64,000 nt of DNA from Rebecca billardiae RCC1528 (taxonomy: Eukaryota > Protista > Haptophyta): positions 682,001 to 746,000 of the forward strand of contig OZ251229.1 in assembly GCA_965240325.2 (NCBI GenBank), written 5' to 3'. Below, one piece after another: positions 44,976 through 57,648 of this stretch. The position numbers and the translations under genes are program-made. The notes under the pieces were generated by a model, which did not search any database, had not been told where the DNA came from, and worked only from the letters and a program-made list of their open reading frames with translations. Within the stretch, counting starts at the first letter, position 1; each line of letters begins with the position of its first letter.

Positions 44976-47010
44976 CACAGTAAAGAAATCGATTTTCGGC
45001 GTTACCGTAACCCGTCCGCACTTCCGCCCAGTGGGGATGCGCTGGAATTTTTTTCATGCCCCGTTCGCGGCACTTCGCGCCGCGCACAGTGGAGAAAGAT
45101 CGGGCCGGAAGCCGTTTGAGCATGGTCGGTCGTGCGCACGCCCATTCGAATCGATGGCGCGCTCCGAGCGGCGGGCGTGCGCGCATGACTGCCGCGAGGG
45201 GGGCTGCGAGGCGTCGGCCGGCTTGCCAAGGCGGTTCCTCGGGGCGGCGTCACCCTCGCCCGCCCCTCCTCGCCCACCCTCGCCCCACGGGCGGCCACAC
45301 GTGACCTGTTAAGATGAGTTCACGGGAGCCGCACGGCACGCGCGCGGAGAGGCGAGGAAGTGGTGTTTCGCGGAAAAACGCTCTATAGCATTGTGCTCAA
45401 CCCATGTGGGCACCCGCTCCACAAGTTTGTACGCTTTCAAACCGCACACAGCGGCCTGAGCAGCTCCCAGACTGAGTTTCGCTCTTGAAGCCTGTTTTTG
45501 GGCCAGATCTTGGTGTGGATGTAGCGCGGCGAGGAGGCGCCGGGCGCGCGCCCGAGCTGCGTGCTGGCACTCGCCATGACCCATAGGCATCGTCCGTCGC
45601 GAACGACCCGGCTCGCCTCGACCTCTCCGACCCGCCGGGCAGCCACGACCGAGCACGGCACGACAATGGCCAAACCGGGAGGCTTCTCAGACCGCGTGGG
45701 ATGGGCATAGGCGCGAGAGAGGGCGCCCAGCGCGCTCTTGAGATGCACAGGAGCACGCACTGATGCGTATGGAACCATCCCATCACGATCGCCCCGACCT
45801 GGCGCGCCTTATCTGGCCCGTCAGGCTGCCCGCGCCGCCGCCGCCGCGCCATGCCGCCGCCGCGGGCGCCGCCGCACCGCGGGCACATGGGTAAGTCCGT
45901 ATTCAACAAATACAGAATTTCCGGTGCGGCCCTCTTTTGGGCGGCAAGGTCGATCTGGTCGACACCTGCCGCGCGGCATGGGCCACGGCGCGGCGAGGTG
46001 GCGGCTGGCGCACCGCGGCGTGGGCGGGATGGCTCGAGGACACCACCGCCCCGCCTCCCACGCCGCGCCGTGCGCGTGCGCCGTGCTCTCGTCGCGTACC
46101 GAATTTCCTGCGGCGAGCGACGTCCAACAGCGCGACCATGCCATCGCGCGACGAGGTGCGTTCAGCTCGGCGATTTGTCGTATTTGTTGAATACATGCGG
46201 GTACGAATCGGCCGCAAGATGGCCTCGACGTACACGTCGAGAGCCACGCGCGCGGTGTGGAGTGGCACGCGACGCGGAGAGGGCGGGTGCGGTGCCGCGG
46301 GCGCGCGACTGGTCTAGAACATCCCAATGAAGCGCGGGACGGCGCTGCGCGCCTGTGCTCGCCGCCGTCTCCTCGCAGTCGAAAATATCTGTGCACCCTT
46401 CTGTCTGGCTAGTCGACCGGCCGGCACGCGGCACGCGAGCAGTGTGTGTGGGGAGGAATGTGACATGGCAGGCTGTGGCGAGGTGGATGGCCGTGCAGGT
46501 CTACGCTAGGAAGGGCCGCTCCCGCGCTCGCGCGGTGCCTCGCGCACGCATCGTCGAGGACGAGCGTGTTTGAATGGCTCCGGAGAAGGCTTACGATCGC
46601 TCGTTGATGGGCAGCGCGCGACACGTGCACACGACGAAGGTGACGACCAGGCACTCCGGCGAGGGCGGCTGTGCTGGTAGCAGACTGCATTCGGAGTAAG
46701 ATGCGCCATCTTACGCGCCGCTTCGCCTCGCTGCATCGCCGCACTGAGCAGCAGGGCTCCACGCTCACGAATGGCTCACCACGAGCTACGTGACCGGCCA
46801 GCCGCGTGCAACCCGGCGAGGCAGAGAGGGGCGGAGGGATGGGGAGGCTGGGTGGGATGTTGCAGTCCCATGCCCGGGGCACTCGCCAGGCGCCTGCGCG
46901 ACCACCGTAGCGCCGTCTGTGCGCTCGTGCGGCCCGCGCGAGAAATTCCCCGAAAATCGGCTCGTGTCGGACGGGTTACGGTAACGATAATCCCGTTTTT
47001 GTTCACTGTG
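44976..47010. mobile_element. ~2.0 kb non-autonomous element with CACAGT termini (CACTA/EnSpm- or CMC-like); possible 2-bp TSD (TG)
   Basis: cacagtaaag... and ...ttcactgtg ends. Subterminal exact inverted match cgttaccgtaacccgtccg at 45000 and 46968-46986. Internal inverted gtattcaacaaatac at ~45899 and ~46180. Confidence 0.7.
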
Positions 47011-47022
47011 TGTATATGAGAT

Positions 47023-47031
47023 GCTCTCTCT

Positions 47032-47106
<75 letters not shown>

Positions 47107-47118
47107 AGCTCTCTCTCT
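47023..47118. repeat. (CT)n microsatellite
   Basis: Visible dinucleotide run. Confidence 0.95.
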
Positions 47119-47534
47119 ACCTCCGTCGTTTATTCACTTGGAACTCGAGACTCAGAGTCAGTAGTCTCCCGGGGCCTGTCACGACACTCTCCGACAGGGC
47201 ACGCGACCGCGTTATCGTCGGCCGTGCGGCGCCTTGCCGAACTCTCCGGCGGCACATCAGCCGGCCGTACGGTGGCCCGGCGGGCCGGGCCGGCGGGCCG
47301 CCCGTTATCGCCTATATATCGCCATCGGCCAATCCGCGCGCGGGCGCGCGGGTTAATCGGCCGCGCCACGCCTCACACGGGCCCGGGGTACACGGCGCTA
47401 TACTCATCGTCGTCATTTATAGTCATTATATTCGCCAGTGACGTCGTCATCACGACGAGCTTTGCTATAGGACAGTATTACATCACGCGATGTGATTCCG
47501 ATTGATTTCTACTGTCTGCATGCATGCCCTGTGA

Positions 47535-48289
47535 CTACGACGACCTTGCTGGCTGCTGCTGCTGCAGCTCTGAGTTGATGGGCACAGCGGTAGCGGAAGG
47601 AAGTTCCTGTCCGCCTTGTCCATGCACATCCGTGACGATAGCTGTTTGCGCCTGCGGCATCGGGTTGCCAACCATGACCACTTGAGCCTCGACGACAGGT
47701 GTGTCGCCTCCCATGCCTATGGGCAAAGCTGCAACGTGCATGTACTGCCGCCTGGCACGGGACACGATGACCAACGTGCGCCCGCTGACGACAATGGAGA
47801 CCAGATTGAATGCGACGGAGACCCACAGCAGCGCAACTGCCCCAAGGCATTCGCTTGAGCCCCGGCATTGCGCCGACAGCACGATCCAGATCACCATCAA
47901 GCCGATTGCCATACACGCAAAGACAGCGTTTGCGATCAATGTCAGGTAGAACGCGCATGTGAGCCGCGAGAGCAGCAAGGTGGGCGGGCCCTCGCGGGCG
48001 CAGCAGAGGACGGTCGATGCGGCGGCCACGGCGAATATGCCTGGCGACGGGCGGAGGGGGCTGAGAAGTCAGTAGCAGTGGCATGGTGCGCTTTGCTTCG
48101 CGTCTTAGCAGCGCAATGGGAGGCGCGGCGCGCACCACCAATCACGCCGATGTTGGACAGCGGGACACCGACGGCACCAGCGACGAAGTTAGCGATGATG
48201 TCCGCAATGCCTGTCCCAAGTAGCCCCGCACTCCATGTGTGCGCCTCGAGGAGCTCCCTCGGCGTGCCAGCTTGGAGCGGCGTGCACAT
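47535..48289 (-). CDS. Small multi-pass membrane protein; probable intron ~48041-48135
   Basis: Two ORFs join at GT..AG (NIGVIG-G|IFAVAAAS). About four hydrophobic segments and a Q/P-rich tail. Confidence 0.5.
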
Positions 48290-49451
48290 TGCCTGCGGCC
48301 TCTGGATCTCGCGAGCGCGGTTGCACTCCCGTCGTACCGTACAGTTTGGACGTACGAATCGTGTAAGTCGTTACAAAGGCTCCTTGAGACCCATTCTATG
48401 ATTTAACGACACAGGTAGGACGACGCGGGTCTCCTGATTCGTCGGCGGCAGTGCCCGATCGTCGACGAAGTCGGCGCTGGTGGCAGAGCATAGCCTGAAC
48501 CGCGATCGAATGGCTTGAGCGCGGCCTTGAGCTGCTGGAGCGCGATCCACCTGCGCTGCGCGGCTCGCATGGACCTGCTGTGCCCCGAGCGAGGGCGAGG
48601 GTGCAGGTCCGGATGTCAGACGGCCGTCTCAGCCGCTGGGCCCTGGCGGGTGATCCGGCGGTGATGTAGTCGTCCCCGTGTGCCCTGCGCGGCCGCGTGC
48701 GCGCTTGCCGCTCTGCTCAGCTGGCTTGCTGGCGGCGGCTGGCGCTGCTGCGGCGTGCAGGGTACGCTTTGCCCCGGACTGCTGCGCATCCTCGTCGTCC
48801 GAGTCGTCGTCCATGGACGAGTCTCGGTCCGCGTGGGGGGCAGCAGCTGGAGCAGGCGCAGGTGCGCCGCGCGATCGAGTCGTCGTCATCGTTACTTTAT
48901 ATCTTTTTTGGTGAGTGGACCGGAACGTCGTCCAACGTCAACACGATCGGACGGCCACGGCGTCGGCTGCCCACGGCACAGGACTTCCCACGCGACTCAC
49001 GCATGAGTTTAGTCTTCTCTCTTGCAGCATTCACTGCTGCAGTAGAGTGAGGGCCAATCTTAGGTGAGCCAGGATAACATGTATCATATATAGATAGTCT
49101 GCCATCGGTCACACTGATCATCATCGGAGTTATCGCGTCCCCAACGTGTCAGCTGTCAGGACTTTCGCTCTGGGTGACGTCAGTCAGACGCGCGCTACGG
49201 TAGCTAGGCCATGCGTTGCGTCGCGCCCCGCCCAGCAACTCCCAAGCCTACGCTGATGAGCCGCACAGCTCGGGCGAGCTCAATCAGAAGAAAGCCTGCC
49301 CCCCTGCGCGACGCGTGCGGCTCGGCGGCGGCGCAGAGAGCACAGACGCAAGTGACGCTGCGAGAGACGAGCGTCGACGATGTCAGCGTGGGCGCCAGCT
49401 GAATCGGCCCGTCCCGGCATCAGCCCGCTCGGCGTGCGCTGCCCGCGTGGC

Positions 49452-51470
49452 TCAGAGCTGCAGGTTCTTGAACTGCACGTCGAGGTAGAGCAGCAAGTTG
49501 TCCGAGGAGAGGCCCAGGAGTGTCTTGGCGATGTCGTACAGGAAGAACTGGCCGGAGATGATCGAGCCCGACCAGACGCAGCGCGAGCCGAGGCCGGTGA
49601 AGAAGCGCGCAGGGGTGCCGCCGCCCGCTGCCCACAGCTTGCGCACCGCCGCAGGGATGTCGCCGCGGCCGGACTGGCGGTTGACTTCGGACAGGATCGC
49701 GTCCGCAGGCTGCGAGACGCACGCCGACGCGACACCGGCGGCGAGGCCGGCGATAAGCGAGACGAGCAGCTGCGTCGAGACGAGCGCCTTGAGGGACGGC
49801 ATCGCGGCGAAGAGCGTGTCGGTCAGCGAGTCGAACGTGTAGAACTTGACCATCCCGAAGATCACCTGCCGGAAGATGAGCGGGCCAAACCCGTCGTACA
49901 GCGACCAGAAGCCGTCCTCGGCGCTGATGCGGCGCACGGTGCCCACGAGCCCGTCCGGCGCGAAGTCGGGCTGCGCGACGATGCGGATCCGCGCCGCCTC
50001 GGCCGGGCACACGCCGAGGCACGCGACCACCGTCGCGCACGCGCCCGACAAGATGACAATCGGCGCGTGCAGGTCGGTCGCGCGCACGCCCGCCAGCGAG
50101 TCGAAGTAGCGCGAGAAGAACTCGTACCCCGGGTAGACGGTCATGCCGTACCAGGTGTACCCGGCGATGGTGGGCTGGATGCCGCAGAAGAGCATGCGCC
50201 AGCCCTCCTCGCGCGCGATCTGCCGGCAGCCGTCGACGAGGCCCTCGTACCGGCCGGGCGCCGTCTGCAGCCGAGTCTTCACCACGTCCAGGGGCGTCAC
50301 GGTCGCGTGCGTGCCGCAGCAGCCCGCCGCGCCCGACAGCGCGAAGAGCGCAAAGTCGCGCGGCGTGAGCCTGCGCTCGCGCTGCACCGCGAACGCCGCG
50401 CGCGGGCCGAAGACGCTCAGCTCGCCCGCTCGCGTGCTCGAGCCGCCGCCCTCCGCGCGCGCGTAGCCCTCCTGCGCGTACGAGCCGAGCTGCTTCACCT
50501 GCGCGAGGCCACGCACCACGTACCGCCGCAGGTTGGCGTCCCAGACCGGCACTTGCGTGGGCGGCAGCAGGTTGCGCGGGTCGCGCGCGAGGTAGTCGGG
50601 GAGGCCGGGCGAGAAGGGGGCCGTGCCGAACGGCGCCTGCTCGTCGAGCGTGGGCGTGCCGTCGCCCGCGCGCAGCAGGCCGGCGATGCGCTCGCGCGGC
50701 TGCGCGGCCTCGAGCAGCGTGAACGCGAGCGCGAGGTGGCGGCGGCGCTCCGGGTACGCGCCGTGGATGCGCACGAGCGTGTCGAAGAGCTGCTCGACGC
50801 CCTCTCGCCCCTCGAAGCCCCGCAGCCCGTACTGCACCGACGCCGCGAAGCTGGCGAACGTGCTCAGCTGCAGCTCGCGCACTGTGTCTGCGTCCGCATT
50901 GGCGAAGCTCTTGCAGCGCGTCGCAAACCACCCGGAGCTCGGCGGGTCGAAGTTGAGGAGGAAGCGCGCGAGGTAGGTGACGAAGGCGACGTTGTACGTC
51001 GCGAGCACGCCGGAGAACTCGTCCGCGTCCGGATCGTCCGTCAGCCAGCGAAGTGTCGCTGCGCTGAGGTCGGCGCGGCCCGCAGGCGGGGGGGCGGCGT
51101 AGGCCACCGGCGGCCCGACCGATGACCCTGGCAGAGAATCTGCAGCATAAGCGGCGCGTTGCGCCGGCGAGCCCGCGCCGAGCAGCACGCCTACAGGGAG
51201 GAGCGCCAGCGTCGAGGCGAAGCGCCGCCGCCGACTGCCGTCACCGCCATCGGCGCGCCCGCCGTCGCTCGCGCGGCCCGTGTCGTGTGAGGACTCGGGC
51301 GAGGGCACCGCCGTGCGCAGCCGCTGGCCCTCCGCGGGGAGGGTGGCGCGGCATGCTACTCTTGGCGCCCCGGGGGGAAGCCGCCGGTGCGCCGTGTGGC
51401 GCACCACGCCGGTATGTGCGTGCGCGACAAGCGCGGCGAGCAGTACGTGCCGCGTGAGGCCTCGCGCCAT
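49452..51470 (-). CDS. Mitochondrial carrier family protein (phosphate-carrier-like) with a long N-terminal extension
   Basis: Three carrier repeats: THATVTPLDVVKTRLQ, CPAEAARIRIV, SQPADAILS, plus RQVIFGMVKF. Signal-peptide-like start MARGLTRHVLLAALVAHAHT. Confidence 0.9.
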   Translation of the reverse strand: MARGLTRHVLLAALVAHAHTGVVRHTAHRRLPPGAPRVACRATLPAEGQRLRTAVPSPESSHDTGRASDGGRADGGDGSRRRRFASTLALLPVGVLLGAGSPAQRAAYAADSLPGSSVGPPVAYAAPPPAGRADLSAATLRWLTDDPDADEFSGVLATYNVAFVTYLARFLLNFDPPSSGWFATRCKSFANADADTVRELQLSTFASFAASVQYGLRGFEGREGVEQLFDTLVRIHGAYPERRRHLALAFTLLEAAQPRERIAGLLRAGDGTPTLDEQAPFGTAPFSPGLPDYLARDPRNLLPPTQVPVWDANLRRYVVRGLAQVKQLGSYAQEGYARAEGGGSSTRAGELSVFGPRAAFAVQRERRLTPRDFALFALSGAAGCCGTHATVTPLDVVKTRLQTAPGRYEGLVDGCRQIAREEGWRMLFCGIQPTIAGYTWYGMTVYPGYEFFSRYFDSLAGVRATDLHAPIVILSGACATVVACLGVCPAEAARIRIVAQPDFAPDGLVGTVRRISAEDGFWSLYDGFGPLIFRQVIFGMVKFYTFDSLTDTLFAAMPSLKALVSTQLLVSLIAGLAAGVASACVSQPADAILSEVNRQSGRGDIPAAVRKLWAAGGGTPARFFTGLGSRCVWSGSIISGQFFLYDIAKTLLGLSSDNLLLYLDVQFKNLQL

Positions 51471-51559
51471 GTTTTCGCGCGCGCGAGAGCGCGCTTTCGC
51501 GAAGCCAGTTAGCACTTGCCCCGGACTTCCCCGTCCGGGTCAGCTACAATACATAGCTA

Positions 51560-51724
51560 CAGTTTATTTGTTTTTAACGTGCGTAAGGCTCACGGTGGCA
51601 GGTTGCCGCGCCATCCTTCATCGCACGCTCTCCGAAGAGAGACCTGGAAACTGGGGGTTTGAACCCATGACCTCAGTACTGTCGCCTGCCTGAGCTGTGT
51701 GCGTCTCTTATTCTTAGTAAACTG
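51560..51724. mobile_element. 165-bp TA-flanked MITE-like element (CAGTTTA...TAAACTG)
   Basis: Short TIRs flanked by TA. Ends are shared with the repeats at 8855-9019 and 57399-57571. Confidence 0.6.
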
Positions 51725-52865
51725 TACAGTCCGTGACAAATGGTCACATCAGACCGGTTATCACAAGGTCAGATTATACACATGGCATCACGGAATGGAT
51801 CTCGAAAGACTGCCAGGGCACATGCGGCCAGGTTGTCAGTGAGGCCGACTCGGCAGCGATGGCAGCTCAGCGATACGTCCGATGCGCGGCCGCACCAGCA
51901 CGATCACGGATCAGCGGCCGTGACCGGCTGGCCGCGGCCGCGCCCGCGGGCGCGGCCATCGCCGGCCAGGAATGAGATTGGCCGATGAGAGCGAGGTGTC
52001 GCGGAACGCGCCTCGTCCGCGCTCGAATGTGCGTGCGTGTGGTGTGAGTTGCGCGCCCGTCTCAGCCGAACGACTCGCGACTCGTCGCCATGGTGCGTGT
52101 GCAGACTTTGCCAATGCAATCGTGGCTCGTGCCGAGTGATTGCGCACATAAGAGTGGGTGATGTTCGCCTGGTTTGGGGACGTGGTGATTGCTCCGGCGA
52201 ACCAGAGAGACGTGTGGAAGAGTGCTCGTCGCCAACGCGACGCGGGCCGCGCCTCACAACGAGCCGCGCAGGCTGAGCAGCAGCAGGCGCGCCGTGAGCT
52301 TCTCGATGAAACTGCTGTGGCAGTCGGCCTGGCACGTGGTCGCGGACACGATCATGTTCTCCACGCCGCTGGGGCGTCGAGCGCCGAGCTGCATGGTACT
52401 GGTTGCCCCCCCAGCGCTTCGTGCCGGCTGCGCCCCGCCGTCCACCGACGGTCTTAGGCGGGGCAGAAAGCGTGCCAGCCCGAGCCCCGACATTCCCACG
52501 GCACGGTTGCGGGTAATCTGCGGAGCGAAGACGAGGCACGAACGACTGTTTTTCGTCTAGCTAAGTTCCCACGTTTGTACTGCGCGATCGCCAGTCCTGG
52601 TCCGCACGCCCGCGAAACGCGCGCGAGAAACTCACCCACGAAGACTTCGTCACATTCCCTGCCGACCGAAACACGTCGTGCTTTTGCAAAAGTGATGAAA
52701 AACTCGGCATATGAAAAAGCCCAACCCCCAAAAGCAGCGTTGGCCGGTGGCGGAGCAGGAGCGGGCGCCGGGCGGACGTGAGGGTGCCCGGTGCCGGCCT
52801 CCCCGTCGGCAAGCAGCGCCGAAGCCTCGCACGCCAACGCACTCGTCGCACCGCACGGCCGAGAG

Positions 52866-55278
52866 ATGAAGCCCGCGCTCCGCCCGCTCTCGCGCGCGTA
52901 CCACTTCGGTTCGTCCTCGTTCGCCGCTGCGTTCGGTGAGCTCCCCGACGCGGGCAGCGCGTACCAGGCGAGCCTGCGCGCGGGCGCACTCGCGCTCGCG
53001 CGCGCGCACGACCCTCAAGCGTGGGGCGCGGACGACCCGGTGGTGACGCTGCTGCGCGGGGAGGCGCTGCGCGGTGGCACGAGTGTGGAGACGCGCGACG
53101 CATTCGGCCACGTCAACGGCGCGCTCATCCACGCGACCCCCGCCGAGGTCGACGCGGTCGTCGCTCACGTGCGCGCGTACACGCCTCCCACCACCGACCT
53201 GCGCGCTCCGATCCGCGAGCTCGAGCGGGAGCTGGCGCGCGCCGACGAGGGGGGGCACGCGGCAGCGCTGGTGGCAAACCAGGTGCTCGACTTTGGCAAG
53301 CAGGACGGCGTCACCGAGCTCGTCGAGACCGTCGAGGCGTCCGCCGTCGAGCGGCGGCTCGCGGACGCGCTTGCAGCCGACGAGGCGGCGGGCCGCGTGC
53401 GCGTGTGCCGCGCGCCCGCGTTCGTCGCGTGCGTCTCCAACTTCTCGAACTTCCTCGACCTCTCGCGCAAGGTGCTGCGCAACCTCGAGCTCGGCGTGCC
53501 CGTCGTCGTGCTCTCTCGCGCGCACACCGCGCAGCACTGCTACCGCTGGGCGCAGCTCGTCGTCGCCGGCCTCGGCAGCCATGGCGTGGACGCCGGCATG
53601 TTCACCTTCCTCGCCGCCGACGTGGCGGAGCAGCAGCGCGCGATCGAGGCGTGCCCGCCGGCGAGCCCACTCTACTTCACGGGCTCGCGCGCGGTCGCCT
53701 CCTCGATCAAGGCGTACCACGAGCGCACCTTCGCCTCCACCGGCGGGCCGAACACGCTCGGTGCGCGCGCGCCACCTCGCGGCGGCGCGCGGCGGCGAGC
53801 GCGTGCGCGCGCGTCCCCGCCGCTCAGCGGTGCGAGGTGCGCCCGCGCCCGCCCTCGCCCTGGTGCGCGGCGCAGTCGCGTCCTCGCTCACGCCGCAGGT
53901 CGCTGAAGCCATCCGCCTCTCCGCCACCATCGAGAACGCCGGCCAGTGCACCGCGCTCCGGCACGCGGTCGTGCCGTGCAAGCTGCCTGCCGCCTCCAAC
54001 GCGCTCAAGCCGACGCCGCTCGCGGCCTCCGCCACGGACGCGCTCGGCGAGGCGCAGTTCGCCGCGCTGCTGGCGGAGGCGGCGCCGCGCGAAGGCGGCC
54101 CGGGCTTCGCGCCCAGCCCGGACGCCGCGGACGGCTGGGTGTCCGTCACGCCAGCCACCGGCGCGACCGACGGTGCCGCGGCGCACGTGCGCTGGCGCGG
54201 AGCGGCCGAGGGCGCGCCCCCGCCGATGCCGCCCGCGGAGCTTGAGGAGCACTGGCGCCGCGCGACGGTCGACTTCTCGGCGCCGCCGTCGGCGGAGGCG
54301 CTGCGCTCGGAGGCGTGGCTACGCGCGCTCTCCGACTGGCTGGTCGCCGCGCAGCCCATCTCCGTCGCCGTGAGCGACGACGACCCGGACTTCCGGCTCG
54401 CTCTCGAGCTCTTTGGGCGCACGGCCGTGGTCGTCTTCACGGCGGGCACGCTCGAGCTGCCCGCGCTCACCTGTCAGGCGCGGCCGCAGGACGGCGAGTG
54501 CTTCGGCGAGGTGCCGCCGCGGCGGTCGCTGCGAGCGCACACGGCCGCCCCGGTCATCGTGCCCTCGCCGACCCCCGCATACAACACGTGCTATGCGCCC
54601 GATGTGCTCGCCGACGCGGGCCGCGCGTGGGCGGCAGACGGCGCGGCCGCCGCGGCCGCCGCGCCGCCCGCCGCGCGCGCGCTGGCCAAGCTCGTCAAGG
54701 ACGACGGCGTCCGCGGGTACCTCGCGGAGCTGTGGTCGTACCTGCTCGACGCGTGCACGGACAACCCGAAGCGTGGCCAGGGCGCCGACCGCACCTCGCT
54801 CTTCGGCCTGCAGGCGCCGCCCAAGGGCGCAGGGCCCACCCTCGTGCGCATCAGCGAGAGCGACCAGGCGGCCGCGGCCTCGGCGGCCGGCGCGCTCGAT
54901 GGGATTGCGCCGCACCTCTTCCCGTTCGTCGCGAGCAGCGCGAGCGACGCGGTGTGCGTGTCGGTGGCCCCGGAGGCGCGCGCCATCACGGCCGCGCTTG
55001 CCGACGCGGGCGTCCTGCCGCCCTCCGCCCTGGCCGTCGAGTCCGACACCCAGTTCATGGCGCGCGTCTCCGCCGAGCGGCCCTTCAATGTGCTGGATGG
55101 CGGCGCGCGCCGAGAGTTTGCGCGCGCGCATGAGCTGCTCGGCGGGCCGCCGCTAGCCGGCCAGTTTGTGTGCTCGCTGCTCTGCTTCGGCCACGCCAAG
55201 TCCACCGCACCGAATGACGAGGCTTTCGTCAAGGCGTTCACCGCCTCGCCCAAGTGGCTGCGTGTTGCGACGCCGTGA
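52866..55278 (+). CDS. Aldehyde dehydrogenase-superfamily protein; intron 53761-53875
   Basis: VSNFSNF, LGVPVVV, LYFTGSRAVA, STGGPNTL|V and ENAGQCTA align with the ALDH motifs PWNF, FTGS, ELGGKN and NxGQxC. Confidence 0.75.
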
Positions 55279-56226
55279 AGCCCGCGTCATGACGTCACGG
55301 TCATCCATCATTGAGGTCTACATCATCCCGAAGAATAATACAGCGCGTATCAGTATTATTCGCGTCCGATGGTGACTATGTACTCGTGTCGTGACTACGT
55401 CTCACGTCCGTGCTGTCGATTCACACGAGTAAGCCAGACGTAGACACTACGGACAGACGTGAGTGACGCAGTTAGACGTGACGACACTGTCACTGACCGG
55501 TCTAGCGGTACTACCGGACTCAATACACTACCGGACTCAATACAGGCAGCCGTAGAGTAAAGTAGTACTTGAGACTACGTTAGTACAGCTAGAACTGTAC
55601 TACATGATGCGCTTGCCAGACTAGTCGCCACTTCGTCCGACTTCTGGCGGAGGCACTTATAGGGACGCGAGCCGCCCCGCCAGCGCATCACCGCGCCGCC
55701 CGCCGCCGACCGCCGGCGGTCCGACCGGGCCGGCGGCCCCGCTTAGTTACCGTGACCGACTCATCGTGTCCCGGCCTGGAGCCCTTACAGCCTTACTAGC
55801 CGAATACTAGTAGTACAGTGACGCCAGTACGCCACCGGGAGGTACCCCACTAGGCACTAGAGGCTGTTGAGTAACATAGTATATAATCAGCAGATTCAGC
55901 TAGCGCGCAGTAGTGCCGCCACCAATAAGTCAGTCCAATTGATTCACTTTTGCTACTCATAACTCAGCGTTAAGTCCGAAGTCCGGTAGTCGGTCGGCTT
56001 ACGGTAAGACGAGTGCAAAGACGCATTAGAAGAGTGCGGCAATTAGGGTACTGTAGGAGGGGCCGGCCGGCCTTGGGGCAGCCATGCTGGTGCATGATGG
56101 CCGTGAGCATCAGCAGCAAGGGTCGGTCGACGGGCGGTTGCTCCATTTAGGCATTTACGACTTTACGTACCCGTCTTCGCCCCACGTGCGGTCGGCCGCA
56201 AGCTCCCAGTGTCGGGCGAATCGGCG

Positions 56227-56922
56227 ATGGCAGAGGAGGCTGACTACTCGCCCGACGGCCCTGTCGCGAAGAAGATCGCGGCGGTCATCCCGCACTACCC
56301 CTTCAAGGGCATCCCGCGCTTCTACGACATCAACGGCTTCCTTGTGCGCCCGGACATTTTCCAGCTTGTCGTGGACGTGTTCGTGCAGCGGTACGCGAAC
56401 AGCGAGATCGACAGCATCGGTGGCTTCGACGCGCGCGGCTTTGTAATCGGCCCGCCGATTGCGCTCGCCCTCAAGAAACCGTTCTTCATGCTGCGCAAGC
56501 CGGGCAAGCAGCCCAACGCCATCGCCAGCGGCGCGTACCAGGTCGAGTACGGCTCGCGCGGTGGGATGACCGTGCCGCGCGGCCACCCGCTGTCGAAGGA
56601 GGACCCGGACAAGCTGAGCTCGGTGGTGAAACGTGGCGATCGCGTGCTCCTCATCGACGACCTGTGCGCCACCGGCGGCACGCTTGCCGCTGGCGTGCAG
56701 CTGTGCCAGCAGCTCGGTGCCACCGTGGTCGAGTGCGCGTGCGTTGTCGAGCTCAAAATGTTCTGGGACCCGCCAGCGGACTCGGGGTTGCCGTCGCGCA
56801 AGAAGCTGTTCGAGAGCAAGGGGATCTCGGGCGTGCCAGTGTGGGGGCTTGTGTCAGAGGAGCTGCTCACCCTCGAGGGCGAGCGTCCGTCGACCTACGT
56901 CGACGATGGCGAGGAGCATTGA
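56227..56922 (+). CDS. apt: Adenine phosphoribosyltransferase
   Basis: Motifs PHYPFKGI..FYDI, GFDARGF, RKPGK, EYG and the PRPP-binding VLLIDDLCATGGTL. Confidence 0.92.
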   Translation: MAEEADYSPDGPVAKKIAAVIPHYPFKGIPRFYDINGFLVRPDIFQLVVDVFVQRYANSEIDSIGGFDARGFVIGPPIALALKKPFFMLRKPGKQPNAIASGAYQVEYGSRGGMTVPRGHPLSKEDPDKLSSVVKRGDRVLLIDDLCATGGTLAAGVQLCQQLGATVVECACVVELKMFWDPPADSGLPSRKKLFESKGISGVPVWGLVSEELLTLEGERPSTYVDDGEEH

Positions 56923-57398
56923 GTACGCCCCCCTGACTATTCGGCCGCGCGCGAGCCATGTCCGTGGCTCGGCAGGTGCACTACTCGAGGCGATGTGGCG
57001 CGGGCTTGAGCGCAAGGCGTTCCGCGTGCTGCCGAGCTCGCAGCTCAGGGTGGTCAAACTCGATGCAGTCAAGCGCCGTCGTTCGCGACGCTCAATGAAG
57101 CACTTCACTCATCTGCGTCGGGCCTCACACAGCGGCCGACCGCCGGGACCCGGGTCAGAATCACAGAATGGCACCGGGCCCGGGGCTGGACTGCGCGCGT
57201 CCGGGAGTCTGAGTCCGAGGCGAGTCGGATTCGGACGGGCCGCAACAGCAACGATCGCCTGCTTATGCCGTCGCGACGTCAAACAGGCGGAAACAGACCA
57301 TGGCAATTGACGACCATTGAGAGCGCTCAGCAGCAGAGCTTCTGACAGCAGCATCCGCATGGACGATCAAAATTAATTTGCGGGCGGATCATCATATG

Positions 57399-57571
57399 TA
57401 CAGTTTACTATGATTTAACGTGCACACTTGGTTAAGGCGTGATTAACGCCATCCAACACTGCACAAAGACACCGGCCGCCACAAAACAGACCGGCGCAGG
57501 CAGGTGAGGGGCGCGTTACAGTTTACTATGATTTAACGTGCACACTTGGTTAAGGCGTGATTAACAACTGT
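57399..57571 (+). repeat. CAGTTTA-family repeat fragments (partial tandem duplication)
   Basis: tacagtttactatgatttaacgtgcacacttggttaaggcgtgattaac occurs at 57399 and 57517 and matches 8905 onward. Confidence 0.8.
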
Positions 57572-57648
57572 AGCGCTGTCAAGGCGCTGTCGATGATCGC
57601 GAAAACCCGCGGCGCAGCCGCCACTTGTGGGTGTAGATGGCGAGGGAG

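Noticed and set aside
46990-47010. RAG/Transib RSS-like heptamer CACAGTG plus ACAAAAAC
   Set aside because: The spacer is 1 nt rather than 12 or 23, the other end differs, and there is no 5-bp TSD or transposase.
48629-48889. Short low-complexity ORF MTTTRSRG... (and MPKRAHTG... at ~57880) as retroelement gag remnants
   Set aside because: No diagnostic motifs, LTRs or RT nearby; cannot be supported.
51640-51690. tRNA-like B-box (GGTTCAAACC on the minus strand)
   Set aside because: I could not build a cloverleaf, and it lies inside a TA-flanked MITE-like repeat.
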